Below are positions 56,516 to 64,000 of a DNA stretch of 64,000 nt, piece by piece. How positions within the stretch are numbered: the stretch's first letter is position 1; each line of letters begins with the position of its first letter. The notes beneath the pieces are model-generated. The model saw only the letters and a list, made by a program, of their open reading frames with translations, was not told the origin of the DNA and searched no databases. Source of the stretch: Candidatus Krumholzibacteriota bacterium (GTDB lineage Bacteria; Krumholzibacteriota; Krumholzibacteriia; LZORAL124-64-63); the NCBI GenBank assembly GCA_022711765.1, contig JAKLEB010000001.1:1186-65185 (forward strand). Direction: 5' to 3'. The translations under genes were made by a program, and so were the position numbers.

Positions 56516-58645
56516 ATGGACCGGGATGCCGTCAACCTGCCGGCGGGCCTGTCCCCGGAGGACGACCGCGACCTCGCGCGGCTGGCTCGCGGCATCGCGG
56601 AGCGCGGGCTCACGGCGCCCGCGATCGTCGCTCTGAGCTGCCTGAAGCCGGCCGCCTTCCTGGGCGGCCAGGCCCTGCGGTTCATCGCGCCGCTCTTGAC
56701 GACGGCGGCCGGAGGCCGGGACTGGGATCGCTTCGCCCAGCTCCTCGAGGTCCGCGGCTCGGTCGAGCGCCTGCTCGCCCATCTCGAGGCCCTGCCGCTG
56801 GCGCTCGCGGAGCGCGAGCCCCGCCCGATCCCGGCGGGTTCCGCCTACGTGATCGTCGATTGCGGCTCGACCACGACGAAAGCGGTGCTGCTCGCCCACC
56901 GTGAGGGACGCTACCGGCTCGCCGGTCGGGCGGAGGCGCCGACCACGGTCGAGGCGCCGGTCGAGGACGTGATGGTCGGCGTACGCGCCGCCCTGCGCCT
57001 GCTGCAGGACCAGACGGGCCACGTGATCCTCGCGGACGACGGGACCGGCCTCGCTGCGGCCCGCGGTCCGGCTGCCGGCGTCGGCGCGTTCCTGGCGACC
57101 AGCAGCGCCGGCGGCGGGCTGCAGATGCTGGTCGTCGGGCTCGTGCGGGCCATGACCGCCGCGAGCGCCGAGCGCGCGGCCCTCGGCGCCGGCGCCATCG
57201 TGATCGACGTCGTCGCCTGGAACGACGATGAGGACGCCTCCTCGCGGCTCCGGCGGCTCCGGCGTTGCCGGCCCGACATGGTCCTGCTCGCCGGCGGCGC
57301 CGACGACGGAGCGGTCACCCAGGTGGTGGCGCTCGCCGAACTCCTCGTGGCCGCCGATCTGCGCCCGCGCTGGGGCGACGGACCGCTGCCCGTCGTGTTC
57401 GCCGGCAACCGGCACGCCGCCCCGGCCGTGATCGCGACCTTCGGCGAGCGGGCTGAGGTCGCGGTCGCGGCGAACCTGCGGCCGGATCTGGAGACGGAGC
57501 GGCTGCAGCCGGTGCGCCGCGTCCTGCACGACGTGTTCCTGCGCCACGTCATGGCGCGGGCTCCCGGGTACCCGGATCTGCAACGGCTATGCACGGCGCC
57601 GGTCGTGCCGACGCCGGCCGCGTTCGGCGAGGCGCTCGACCTGTTGGCCGACAGCCAGGGCGGCCAGGCCGTCGCCGTCGACCTGGGCGGCGCCACCTGC
57701 GACGTCTTCAGCGTGCGCGACGGACAGGTCTTCCGCAGCGTGTCGGCCAATCTCGGCCTCAGCTTCAGCCTGGGCGCGGTCTGCCAGCGCGCGGGCTGGG
57801 GAAACGTGGCCCGCTGGCTGCCGTTTGCCGTCGACGAGGGGGATCTGCGCGACCGCGTCCGCAACAAGATGATCCGGCCGACCACGCTGCCCCAGACTCC
57901 CGAGGACCTCCTGCTCGAGCAAGCCGCGGCGCGCGAGGCGCTGCGGCTCGCGCTCCTCGACCATGACCGGGCGTTGCAGCCGCTCCGCGGCGGACGCGAC
58001 GGACCGACCGGGGTGGACGCGCTGCTCGAGCCCGAGTCGCCGCCGACCGGGGTGAGCTGGCCGGCGGTGCGGCTCCTGCTGGGCTCCGGCGGGCCGCTCG
58101 CTCACGCGCCGGCGCGGCGGCAAGCGGCGGCGATCCTGATCGACGCCTGTCGTCCCGAGGGAGTCACCGAGCTGGCGGTCGACTCGGTCTTCGTGCTGCC
58201 GCACCTCGGCGTCCTGCGCCAGGTGGATGCCGACGCGGCGGCCGTGGTGCTCGCCGCCGACGCCATCGTCGGGCTGGGCACCTGCATCGCGCCGGTCGGC
58301 GACCGGCCGGCGCCGGCGAACGCGCTGCTCGCGGACGTCTCGATCGCGGACGCGCAGGGCGGCGGCGATCCGGTCACGCTGATCCTGCACGGAGGCGAGC
58401 TGATTCGCGTCGCGCTCGACGCGGGCGAGGAACGGCAGGTCGAGGTCGCTCCGCGAGCGGGCTGGGATTTCGGCGCCGGGCCGGGCCGCGCGGTCCAGGC
58501 GCTCGTGCGTGGCGGCGAGGCCGGGCTCGTGCTCGACGGCCGCGGCCGAGAGCTGCCGTGGCCGGCCGCGGAACTCGACCGCCGGACGCTGGCGCGGTCC
58601 TGGCTGGCGGCGCTGTCCGCGCTGCCGGAAGGGATGTCCGCATGA
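56516..58645 (+). CDS. Actin-fold (ASKHA) ATPase, GlmL/MutL- or BadF/BcrAD-activase-like, with N- and C-terminal extensions
   Basis: 709 aa. The ATG lies 3 nt after the acyl-CoA dehydrogenase stop. Two ASKHA phosphate-binding loops are present (YVIVDCGSTTTKAVLL and VAVDLGGATCDVFSV), plus LLAGGADDG. The fold is a glutamate-mutase-L-like duplicated actin fold. Confidence 0.6.
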   Translation: MDRDAVNLPAGLSPEDDRDLARLARGIAERGLTAPAIVALSCLKPAAFLGGQALRFIAPLLTTAAGGRDWDRFAQLLEVRGSVERLLAHLEALPLALAEREPRPIPAGSAYVIVDCGSTTTKAVLLAHREGRYRLAGRAEAPTTVEAPVEDVMVGVRAALRLLQDQTGHVILADDGTGLAAARGPAAGVGAFLATSSAGGGLQMLVVGLVRAMTAASAERAALGAGAIVIDVVAWNDDEDASSRLRRLRRCRPDMVLLAGGADDGAVTQVVALAELLVAADLRPRWGDGPLPVVFAGNRHAAPAVIATFGERAEVAVAANLRPDLETERLQPVRRVLHDVFLRHVMARAPGYPDLQRLCTAPVVPTPAAFGEALDLLADSQGGQAVAVDLGGATCDVFSVRDGQVFRSVSANLGLSFSLGAVCQRAGWGNVARWLPFAVDEGDLRDRVRNKMIRPTTLPQTPEDLLLEQAAAREALRLALLDHDRALQPLRGGRDGPTGVDALLEPESPPTGVSWPAVRLLLGSGGPLAHAPARRQAAAILIDACRPEGVTELAVDSVFVLPHLGVLRQVDADAAAVVLAADAIVGLGTCIAPVGDRPAPANALLADVSIADAQGGGDPVTLILHGGELIRVALDAGEERQVEVAPRAGWDFGAGPGRAVQALVRGGEAGLVLDGRGRELPWPAAELDRRTLARSWLAALSALPEGMSA

Positions 58646-59784
58646 GCGTCGGCCGCACCGGTCCCTTCCTCGAGCCGTGCGCCGTGCTGAGCCGGCGGCG
58701 CTGTTTGCCGATGCCTGGCGAGGTCCTGCTCGAGATCGGCGACCGCGTGCTGGGCGACACCGTGGTCGCGCGCGCGCCCGGACGCGGCGAGCTCCACGCG
58801 GTGAATGCGGTCAGAGCCCTGGACATCCTGCCCGCGGAGCTCCCGGCCGCGCTCGTGGTGAAGGTCGGCGACCGCGTCGAGGCGGGCGCGCCGCTGGCGC
58901 GGACTCGCGGCCTGTGGGGTCTCTTCCGGGCGGTCTGCCGCGCGCCGGTCGCGGGCACGGTGGCGGCGGTGTCCGCCCACACGGGGCGCGTCCTGCTCGA
59001 GGAACCGGCCATGGCGCACGAGGTGCGCGCGTTCCTGCCGGGCGTCGTCACGGCCGTCGAGCCGGGACGCGGGGTGACGGTGGCGGGCTGGGCGGCGCGG
59101 GCCGCCGGAGTGTTCGGAGTGGGCGACGAGCGCAGCGGGCCGCTCCTGCCCGTCGTGGGCCGGCCGGACGCCACGCTCGACGCCGCGCAGATCGGCAGCG
59201 ACGTGGCCGGCTGCGTCCTGCTGGGAGGCGCCGTGGTCACGGCGGACGCCCTGACGCGCGCGGCGGCCCTCGGTGCGCACGGCGTGATCACCGGCGGCAT
59301 CCGCGACGTCGATCTCGCCTCATGGCTGGGGTGCGAGACCGTGCTCGCCGACACGACCGGCCTGTCCCCGCCGCTCACCCTGGTCGTCATCGGCGGCTTC
59401 GGCCGCGTGCCCATGGACGCCGAGACCTTCGCCCTGTTGCACCGGTTCGCCGGGCGCCGCGCGTGCGTGGTGGGGCGCACGCGGGTCCGCGCCAGCGCGG
59501 AACGGCCCGAGGTGATCGTCCCGCTCTCGCCCGAGCCGGAGACGACGCCGAGCCCGCCGGCGCCGGCGTCGACCCTGCGGGTCGGCAGCCGGGTGCTCGT
59601 GGTGAGTCGGCCCTGGTTCGGCCTGCACGGGCGGGTGGGCCGGTTGCCGGCCGAGCCGTGCCGGATCGAGACCGGCGCGCGCTGCCTCGTGGCGGAGGTC
59701 GACCTCGCGAACGGACGCACGGTCCGCGTGCCGCGCGCGAACCTGGAGATCCTGGCGGATCCCGAGCGGGAGGTCGGCCCGTGA
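58642..59784 (+). CDS. Hypothetical soluble protein (possible barrel-sandwich-hybrid and KOW-like segments)
   Basis: 381 aa from an ATG overlapping the upstream stop (ATGA). VVKVGDRVEAGAPLA is hybrid-motif-like. The C-terminal LRVGSRVLVVSRPWFGLHGRVGRL is KOW-like. No confident family. Confidence 0.45.
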   Translation: MSVGRTGPFLEPCAVLSRRRCLPMPGEVLLEIGDRVLGDTVVARAPGRGELHAVNAVRALDILPAELPAALVVKVGDRVEAGAPLARTRGLWGLFRAVCRAPVAGTVAAVSAHTGRVLLEEPAMAHEVRAFLPGVVTAVEPGRGVTVAGWAARAAGVFGVGDERSGPLLPVVGRPDATLDAAQIGSDVAGCVLLGGAVVTADALTRAAALGAHGVITGGIRDVDLASWLGCETVLADTTGLSPPLTLVVIGGFGRVPMDAETFALLHRFAGRRACVVGRTRVRASAERPEVIVPLSPEPETTPSPPAPASTLRVGSRVLVVSRPWFGLHGRVGRLPAEPCRIETGARCLVAEVDLANGRTVRVPRANLEILADPEREVGP

Positions 59785-60590
59785 CCGGCTGGTGGGACCC
59801 CGCGGTCTGGAACCTCGGCGTGATCATCGCCGCGATGGCCGCGGCGATCCTGTGGGGCATCCACCGCGCGCGGCGCGGCAGCCTGCTGCGCGTGCGCAGG
59901 ATCGCGGGCGTGGAGGCCATGGCGGATGCGGTCGGCCGGGCCACCGAACTCGGGCGGCCGGTCCTCTACGTGGCCGGCGTCACGGATCTCGACGACGTCC
60001 AGACGATCGCGAGCCTCGGCATCCTCGGCGCGGTGGGCCGCCAGACCGCGCGCCACGGCTGCCGGCTCGTGATGCCGACCGACCGCAGCCTGGTCCTCGC
60101 GGCCGCGCGCGAGGTGCTTCGCGAGAGCTACACGGCCGCCGGGCGACCCGACGGCTACACGCCGGACATGGTGACCTACATCTCGGACGACCAGTTCGGC
60201 TTCGCCGCGCGCGTCGACGGCATCATCGCCCGCGACCGGCCAGCGGCGTGTTTCCTGCAGGGCGCCTTCTACGCCGAGTCGCTCCTGGTGGCGGAGGCGG
60301 GCGCCCAGGCCGGGGCGGTGCAGGTCGCCGGCACCGCGATGAGTCACCAGCTGCCGTTCCTCGTGGCGGCCTGCGACCACGTGCTGATCGGCGAGGAGTT
60401 CTTCGCGGCGGAGGCCTACCTCTCGGGCGACCGCGACAAGCTGGGCAGCCTGCGCGGCCAGGACGTGGTGAAGGACCTCGCGCTCGGCCTGGTTCTGATC
60501 GGCGCGGCGCTCGTGACCCTCGCCGCGGCGACCGGCGCCGGCTGGCTCGCGGTCGCGCGCGACGGCATGTTGAGGCTGCTGCAACCGTGA
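59781..60590 (+). CDS. Hypothetical membrane protein
   Basis: 269 aa from a GTG overlapping the upstream stop. N-terminal transmembrane helix (VWNLGVIIAAMAAAILWGI) and C-terminal transmembrane helix (LALGLVLIGAALVTLAAATGAGWLAV). Confidence 0.45.
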   Translation: MTGWWDPAVWNLGVIIAAMAAAILWGIHRARRGSLLRVRRIAGVEAMADAVGRATELGRPVLYVAGVTDLDDVQTIASLGILGAVGRQTARHGCRLVMPTDRSLVLAAAREVLRESYTAAGRPDGYTPDMVTYISDDQFGFAARVDGIIARDRPAACFLQGAFYAESLLVAEAGAQAGAVQVAGTAMSHQLPFLVAACDHVLIGEEFFAAEAYLSGDRDKLGSLRGQDVVKDLALGLVLIGAALVTLAAATGAGWLAVARDGMLRLLQP

Positions 60591-60612
60591 CGCTGCGGAG
60601 GTCGAGGACGCG

Positions 60613-61323
60613 ATGAAACGGCTCGTGCCGCGGGTGATCACCTCGTTCGTCGGGATCCTCCTGATCCTGACTGCGTTCGGCGCGCGCCCCGGCCCCGACG
60701 GCGGCGGCGTGTGGCCAGTGCGCGCGTTCGATTACGTCGACCGCAACTTCTCGGTCTGGTTCAACATCCTGGCGGTCTTCGCCTTCATCCTCGGCGGGGC
60801 GAGCCTGCTGAAGAGCCACGTCGCCAAGGTGGCGCACCGGCGGCCGGACTGGCCTTACTCGGCCGTGACCCTGGTCTCGTTCGTCGGCGTGCTCGCGATC
60901 GGGATGCTCAAGCTCGGCGGGCCGCCCGGCCTGCAGGGCGAGGTGACCGATCCCGGCGCCTGGTTCCAGATCGTCTTCGACGCGATCTACGATCCCCTGC
61001 TCGCGACGCTCTACGCGCTGCTGGCCTTCTTCATCACCTCGGCGGCCTACCGCGCGTTCCGGCTGCGTTCGCCGCAGGCGGCGATCCTGCTCGCGTCCGC
61101 GTTCATCGTCCTGCTCGGCCGCACGCCGCTGGGGACCTGGCTCAGCGACCCGGTGCCGCCGAGCCTCGGCTTCCTCCGATTGGACGCACTCAGCGTGTGG
61201 ATCATGAGCGTCCCGAACCTGGCCGGCCAGCGCGCCGTGCTGATCGGGATCGCGGTCGGGGTGACCGCCCTGACGCTGCGGATCCTCGCGGGCCGCGGCG
61301 AGGTCGACGGAGGTGGCGCATGA
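60613..61323 (+). CDS. Hypothetical polytopic membrane protein
   Basis: 236 aa. GGAGG ribosome-binding site. Five or more predicted transmembrane helices. Confidence 0.5.
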   Translation: MKRLVPRVITSFVGILLILTAFGARPGPDGGGVWPVRAFDYVDRNFSVWFNILAVFAFILGGASLLKSHVAKVAHRRPDWPYSAVTLVSFVGVLAIGMLKLGGPPGLQGEVTDPGAWFQIVFDAIYDPLLATLYALLAFFITSAAYRAFRLRSPQAAILLASAFIVLLGRTPLGTWLSDPVPPSLGFLRLDALSVWIMSVPNLAGQRAVLIGIAVGVTALTLRILAGRGEVDGGGA

Positions 61324-62210
61324 ACGGCGCGGCGCGCGGCGACGTCCTGCAGCGGCTGGGCCGCCTGGACCGCCGGTGGCTCTACCTCGCGCTGTTCGCC
61401 TGCCTGGCGGCGACTCTCTGGCGGCAGCCGCTGTTCCGCGACGGCCTCTCGACCTTCTCGCGTCCCGTCTTCGAGCGGATCGAGGCGTTGCCTCCGGGGG
61501 CGCCGGTCCTGGTGTCGCTGGACTACAGCCCGGCTTCGGCTCCGGAGGTCGAGCCCATGGCGCTCGCGCTGACGCGACACCTCCTGCTGCGCGGCGCGCG
61601 GCCGGTCTTCGTCACGCTCTATCCCGAGGGCAACAACATGCTGCAGCGCCTGCGGGACCAGGCGATCGACGCCGACTTCCCCGAGAGCCGCGAGGGCCGC
61701 GACTGGGTGGCCCTGGGCTACAAGGCGGGCCGGCAGATGGTGATCAACGCCCTGCGGCAGGACCTCGCGACGATGTACTCGGCGGACCTGCGGGGCGCGC
61801 CGATCGATTCCCTGCCGGCGCTCGCGGGTGTCCGGCGGCTCGACGACTTCGCGATCATCCTCGCCCTGTCGAGCGGCACGCCGGGCCTCAAGGAGTGGAT
61901 CCTCTACGGCGGCGATCCGACCGGGACGCCCGTGGCGGGAGGCTGCACCGGCATCGGCGCGCCGGAGTTCCTGGCGTACTTCCCGGGTCAGCTCGTCGGC
62001 CTCCTGGGCGGGCTCAAGGGAGCGAGCGAATACGAAGCCGCGCTCGCCGACCGCTATCCCGAGCGCGCGTTCCCCCGGCGCGCGCAGCTCGCCATGGGTC
62101 CGCAGACCGTGGCGCACGCTCTGATCCTGCTCTTCCTGGTCCTGGGCAACCTGTCCTACCTGCGGCCCCGCCGGCGTTCGCCGGGCCGGCGCGAAGGGAG
62201 GACCGCGTGA
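61320..62210 (+). CDS. Hypothetical bitopic membrane protein with large periplasmic domain
   Basis: 296 aa from an ATG overlapping the upstream stop. Transmembrane helices at both termini (WLYLALFACLAATLW ... VAHALILLFLVLGNLSYL). Confidence 0.45.
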   Translation: MNGAARGDVLQRLGRLDRRWLYLALFACLAATLWRQPLFRDGLSTFSRPVFERIEALPPGAPVLVSLDYSPASAPEVEPMALALTRHLLLRGARPVFVTLYPEGNNMLQRLRDQAIDADFPESREGRDWVALGYKAGRQMVINALRQDLATMYSADLRGAPIDSLPALAGVRRLDDFAIILALSSGTPGLKEWILYGGDPTGTPVAGGCTGIGAPEFLAYFPGQLVGLLGGLKGASEYEAALADRYPERAFPRRAQLAMGPQTVAHALILLFLVLGNLSYLRPRRRSPGRREGRTA

Positions 62211-62881
62211 GCAGCAGCCTCGAGGTCTGGATCGCCGCGGCGCTCTCCCTGATGGTGCTGAGCTTCCTGTGGCGCGACAATCCGGCCTACAAGTTCGCCG
62301 AGCACCTCTTCGTCGGCGTCTCGGCCGGTTACTGGATGGTCATGGGCTTCTGGTCCACGCTCTGGCCCAACGCCGTGGTCAAGCTCGTCCCGAGCGCGGC
62401 CAGGCTCACCGAACCCGCCGGCCCCGTGCCGGCGCGCGAGCCCCTGGTGCTGGTGCCGCTCGTGCTCGGCATCCTGATGCTCCTGCGGCTGTGGCCCCGC
62501 CTGTCGTGGCTGGCTCGCTGGCCGACGGCCTTCGCCGTCGGCACCACTCTCGGCTACAATCTCGTGCGGTACGTGCGCTCGGACTTCCTCGCGCAGATCC
62601 ACGCGACGGTGGCGCCAGGACTGCTCGTGACGAGCGGCGGCGCCGTGAACTGGGTGGCGACCTGCAATCAGTGGCTGATCGTGGCAGGCACCGCGAGCGG
62701 CGTCGTGTACTTCACGTACACGCGGGGCGGAGCCGGCCTGCGCGGCGGCGTTGCGCGCGGCGGCCTGGTCGTGCTGATGGTGGCGTTCGGCGCCAGCTTC
62801 GCGTACGCGGTCATGGCCCGCGTCGCGGTGCTCGTCGGCAGGCTGCAGTTCCTTTTGGGCGACTGGCTCGGACTCGTCTGA
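62207..62881 (+). CDS. Hypothetical polytopic membrane protein
   Basis: 224 aa from a GTG overlapping the upstream stop. Six or more transmembrane helices (VWIAAALSLMVLSFLW, LFVGVSAGYWMVMGFW...). Confidence 0.45.
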   Translation: MSSSLEVWIAAALSLMVLSFLWRDNPAYKFAEHLFVGVSAGYWMVMGFWSTLWPNAVVKLVPSAARLTEPAGPVPAREPLVLVPLVLGILMLLRLWPRLSWLARWPTAFAVGTTLGYNLVRYVRSDFLAQIHATVAPGLLVTSGGAVNWVATCNQWLIVAGTASGVVYFTYTRGGAGLRGGVARGGLVVLMVAFGASFAYAVMARVAVLVGRLQFLLGDWLGLV

Positions 62882-62975
62882 GCCGCAAGTTGCGTCTCGC
62901 GTCTTGCTTCGAGTGGTCCGTGACGCTACACTAGTCGCCCGCTCGCAGAGCGATGGCGACCACACCGGAGCCGAC

Positions 62976-63878
62976 ATGAGCACTCAAGGACCCGATCCAG
63001 CCGCCCAGATCGCCCACTTCGAGAACCGACTCCAGGCCGACCCGCGGTCGCGCGCGTTCCTGCCGCTCGCGGACCTCTACCGGCGGACCGGCCAGCTGGA
63101 CCGCGCGCGCCAGGTCCTGGAGCGCGGCCTCGAGATCCACCCGCATCTCGTGATCGCGCGGGCTGCCTTCGGCCAGGTCCTCGCCGAACTCGGGGAACCG
63201 GCGGCGGCCACGGACGCGCTGCTCGCGGTCGTCGCCCAGGATCCTGACAATGTGCTCGCGATTCGCCTGCTCGCGCAGTGCGCCGCGGCGCGTGACGACT
63301 GGCCGGCGGCCTGCGAGTGCGGCGAGCGGCTGCTCCGGCTCGAGCCGGACGACCCGGGCGCTCGCGAGACCGTGCGCGAGGCCAGGCGGCGCCTGGGGAC
63401 CGCGGCGCCCGCGCCCGACGCGCCGCGGCCGCCATCGACGCCGTCGGCGCCGTCGCCGGCCCGCGCGGCGCCCTCCCCGGCCCCTGACCCCGCCGGCGGG
63501 GTCAGGCCGGAATCCGGCCGGCTGCGGGTCGGCGACGGTTTCGAGACGCCGACCCTCGCCGATCTCTACCTCCGGCAGGGTCATCCGGAGAAGGCTCGCG
63601 CCATCCTCGAACGCATCCTGGCGGCCGAGCCGGATCGCGCGGACGCGCTCGAGGTCATGGCCCGGCTGGAGGCGCGGAGGCCTCCGCTCTCGATCCGTCC
63701 CGGGGCCCAACCACCGGGCGGCGACGGGAGCGAGAAGCCGGTCCAGGCGCCGCCCCGGACGGAGCCCCCGCCGCCTCCCGCGGAGCCGACCCCGGCGCCT
63801 GGCGGTCGCGGGCAGGATCTCGATCGATTCCGGGCCTGGCTGGATACCGCGGCCGAGCCGCGCGACACCGCGGGCTGA
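62976..63878 (+). CDS. TPR-repeat protein with Pro/Ala-rich linker
   Basis: 300 aa from the ATG at 62976. TPR helices (LADLYRRTGQLDRARQVLERGLEIHP...; LADLYLRQGHPEKARAILERILAAEP) flank a PAPDAPRPPSTPSAPSPARAAPSPAPDP low-complexity linker. Confidence 0.6.
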   Translation: MSTQGPDPAAQIAHFENRLQADPRSRAFLPLADLYRRTGQLDRARQVLERGLEIHPHLVIARAAFGQVLAELGEPAAATDALLAVVAQDPDNVLAIRLLAQCAAARDDWPAACECGERLLRLEPDDPGARETVREARRRLGTAAPAPDAPRPPSTPSAPSPARAAPSPAPDPAGGVRPESGRLRVGDGFETPTLADLYLRQGHPEKARAILERILAAEPDRADALEVMARLEARRPPLSIRPGAQPPGGDGSEKPVQAPPRTEPPPPPAEPTPAPGGRGQDLDRFRAWLDTAAEPRDTAG

Positions 63879-64000
63879 GCCCCCGCATCCGGTTGCCGCC
63901 GACATCGGCGCGGATTATCCTTGTGCGTCCCCGTGCGCGTGGGCGCCAGCGTTCGTGACCAGAGCAAAGCGAGGCGAGCGTGGCTGACACCAGTGACTTC

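Overview
This is a 64 kb window of very GC-rich (about 70%) bacterial chromosome. About 55 CDSs are tightly packed, and all but two (ppiD, and a Hint-like HIT gene complementary to 40061..40405) sit on the + strand. Many consecutive genes overlap by ATGA or GTGA start/stop junctions, which suggests long translationally coupled operons. The six-frame track is dominated by long antisense and out-of-frame ORFs typical of high-GC DNA, and these were discarded.

Recognisable content, in order along the window:
- Housekeeping and biosynthesis: groES-groEL; a GT1 glycosyltransferase; a secreted TPR protein; a class-I aminotransferase; folB-folK; a deoxynucleoside kinase; panB-panC; a uridyltransferase-only GlmU fragment followed by a HIT protein; tatA.
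- DNA repair and stress: a DUF1998 helicase with a DnaQ-like exonuclease (MrfA/MrfB-like pair); ppiD (- strand); glnA; lexA; hsp20-lon.
- An unusual ParA/MinD ATPase fused to an AMPK-beta/CBM48 glycogen-binding domain.
- A cell-envelope glycan operon: an O-antigen-ligase-like protein, a GT1, a WecA/MraY-like transferase and a methyltransferase-like protein.
- Two near-identical tandem copies (period 5175 bp) of a complete gene unit encoding a 1598-aa secreted protein, each copy with its own AT-rich promoter and GC hairpin. The protein carries a gingipain-like C25 peptidase domain, CARDB/Ig-like domains, an FN3 domain, a 7-repeat FG-GAP beta-propeller and a T9SS C-terminal sorting domain.
- An orphan family-5 solute-binding protein, then a histone-H1-like winged-helix protein whose promoter is bracketed by two copies of the palindrome GTAATATTAC.
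- A large LPS inner-core cluster: four GT9 heptosyltransferase paralogues, gmhB, a DUF3108 protein, a GT39/ArnT-like transferase, a PglC-like phosphoglycosyl transferase and acpS.
- A PhzF-family protein, a 4 x 17 bp tandem repeat, an extended acyl-CoA dehydrogenase, and an uncharacterised six-gene operon headed by a GlmL/activase-type actin-fold (ASKHA) ATPase plus four membrane proteins.

The T9SS sorting domain together with the GC content suggests an FCB-superphylum organism (Gemmatimonadota- or Eisenbacteria-like); this is inference. The most plausible candidates for undescribed biology are the tandemly duplicated C25/FG-GAP/T9SS giant genes, the ParA-CBM48 fusion and the GlmL-like ATPase membrane operon.
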